Assembly: GCA_051294375.1 (NCBI GenBank)
Contig: CM119264.1
Location: forward strand, 23,754,858 to 23,818,857
Reading direction: 5' to 3'
DNA length: 64,000 nt
Source: Paraspadella gotoi
Lineage: Eukaryota; Animalia; Chaetognatha
In this document: positions 63,188 through 64,000 of the stretch, one piece after another
Numbering within the stretch: the first letter of the stretch is position 1
Layout of the letters: each line of letters begins with the position of its first letter
Program-made: the position numbers and the translations under genes
Notes under the pieces: generated by a model
The model's database searches: none
What the model was told of the DNA's origin: nothing
The model's input: only the letters and a program-made list of their open reading frames with translations

Positions 63188-63750
63188 AAATGCTGTTGCG
63201 GCCGCAGTACTCTGCTTATCTACGTGTATTCTCGTGAATACATGATGACTTGACAAGACATCATGAGGTGAACTATAACATGACGTACATAATGACTACA
63301 ACAACATTTTTATGCCATGATATTTGATGACATGCGCTGCATCCAATTCTGTCTTTTATTAGTTGCGCGCGAGTACTCGTGGAGCAACTCAAGAAGTCCT
63401 TTTTGTGCGTCTGTTTGGTACCATCAGTTGGTCCGTCGGTCCATGTTCCTCAGTCGATATGGTCTGTTCGCGTAGGTTCTGTCCCACTTACGTGTAAAAC
63501 GTGATTGGCTTATAACCTGCAATATAATTGTTGCTCAATATTGTTCAGACAGAAAAAGCATCAAATTAAGGGACTGCTATGAGCACCTGTATGGAAATCC
63601 TAAAACTTAAAAATTAAAAATACAAATTTCTGATGCGTGCGTGTTAGAAATCATTGTTATTGTATCATGTGTCATGTACATATATCATGTTGTCACAAGA
63701 ATACACGTGATAAGACTGCACTGGGCGCAACACATTTTGAATTACCATTC
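63188..63750. mobile_element. HINE-like element copy bracketed by ~60-bp imperfect inverted repeats
   Basis: 63190-63247 is the reverse complement of 63685-63736; 63355-63400, 63563-63630 and 63699-63750 match 26707-27295. Confidence 0.55.
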
Positions 63751-64000
63751 ATGAATAGTATTTAATACTTACATTTCCACAACATATCTTTATTGCTTTC
63801 TCGCACATTTTTCATAGTAGCGAATAGACTGAGATTAAGTCGCAAATATAANNNNNNNNNNNNNNNNNNNNNNNNNATCATCATCATCATCAATCATCAT
63901 CATCATCATCATCGTCATCATATATCGTCATCATCATCGTGACAATAAATCATCATAACCTTAATCTCTATTACTATAATCCCTTCACATTAATATTCCC

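Overview
This is eukaryotic, very probably invertebrate animal, genomic DNA from a gappy draft assembly. It is AT-rich, saturated with (GA)n/(GAAA)n/(GAC)n microsatellites, and contains several indel-riddled stretches that look like unpolished long-read gap fill. Two main coding entities are supported. (1) A near full-length APE-type LINE (Jockey/I-group-like; ORF1 gag-like zinc knuckles, ORF2 endonuclease+RT, no RNase H seen) on the minus strand at ~10576-15661, with its 3' end in a (GA)n tract; an apparent empty-site copy of the same locus lies next to it. (2) A multi-exon single-pass immunoglobulin-superfamily (IgSF) receptor gene on the minus strand (exons from 59014 down to 36419 or beyond), reconstructed by hand from GT-AG splice sites: V-type Ig, C2-type Ig, two further Ig-like domains, a TM helix and a His/Gly-rich tail. 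Its apparent first exon (signal peptide plus start of the V domain) is on the opposite (+) strand at ~61917-62162, and two internal exons are tandemly duplicated. Other content: a family of 3'-coterminal, 5'-truncated retroelement fragments, Helentron/HINE-like elements, many minisatellites, and a dense promoter-like motif cluster inside an intron. No prokaryotic features, CRISPR arrays, rRNA or tRNA genes were seen.
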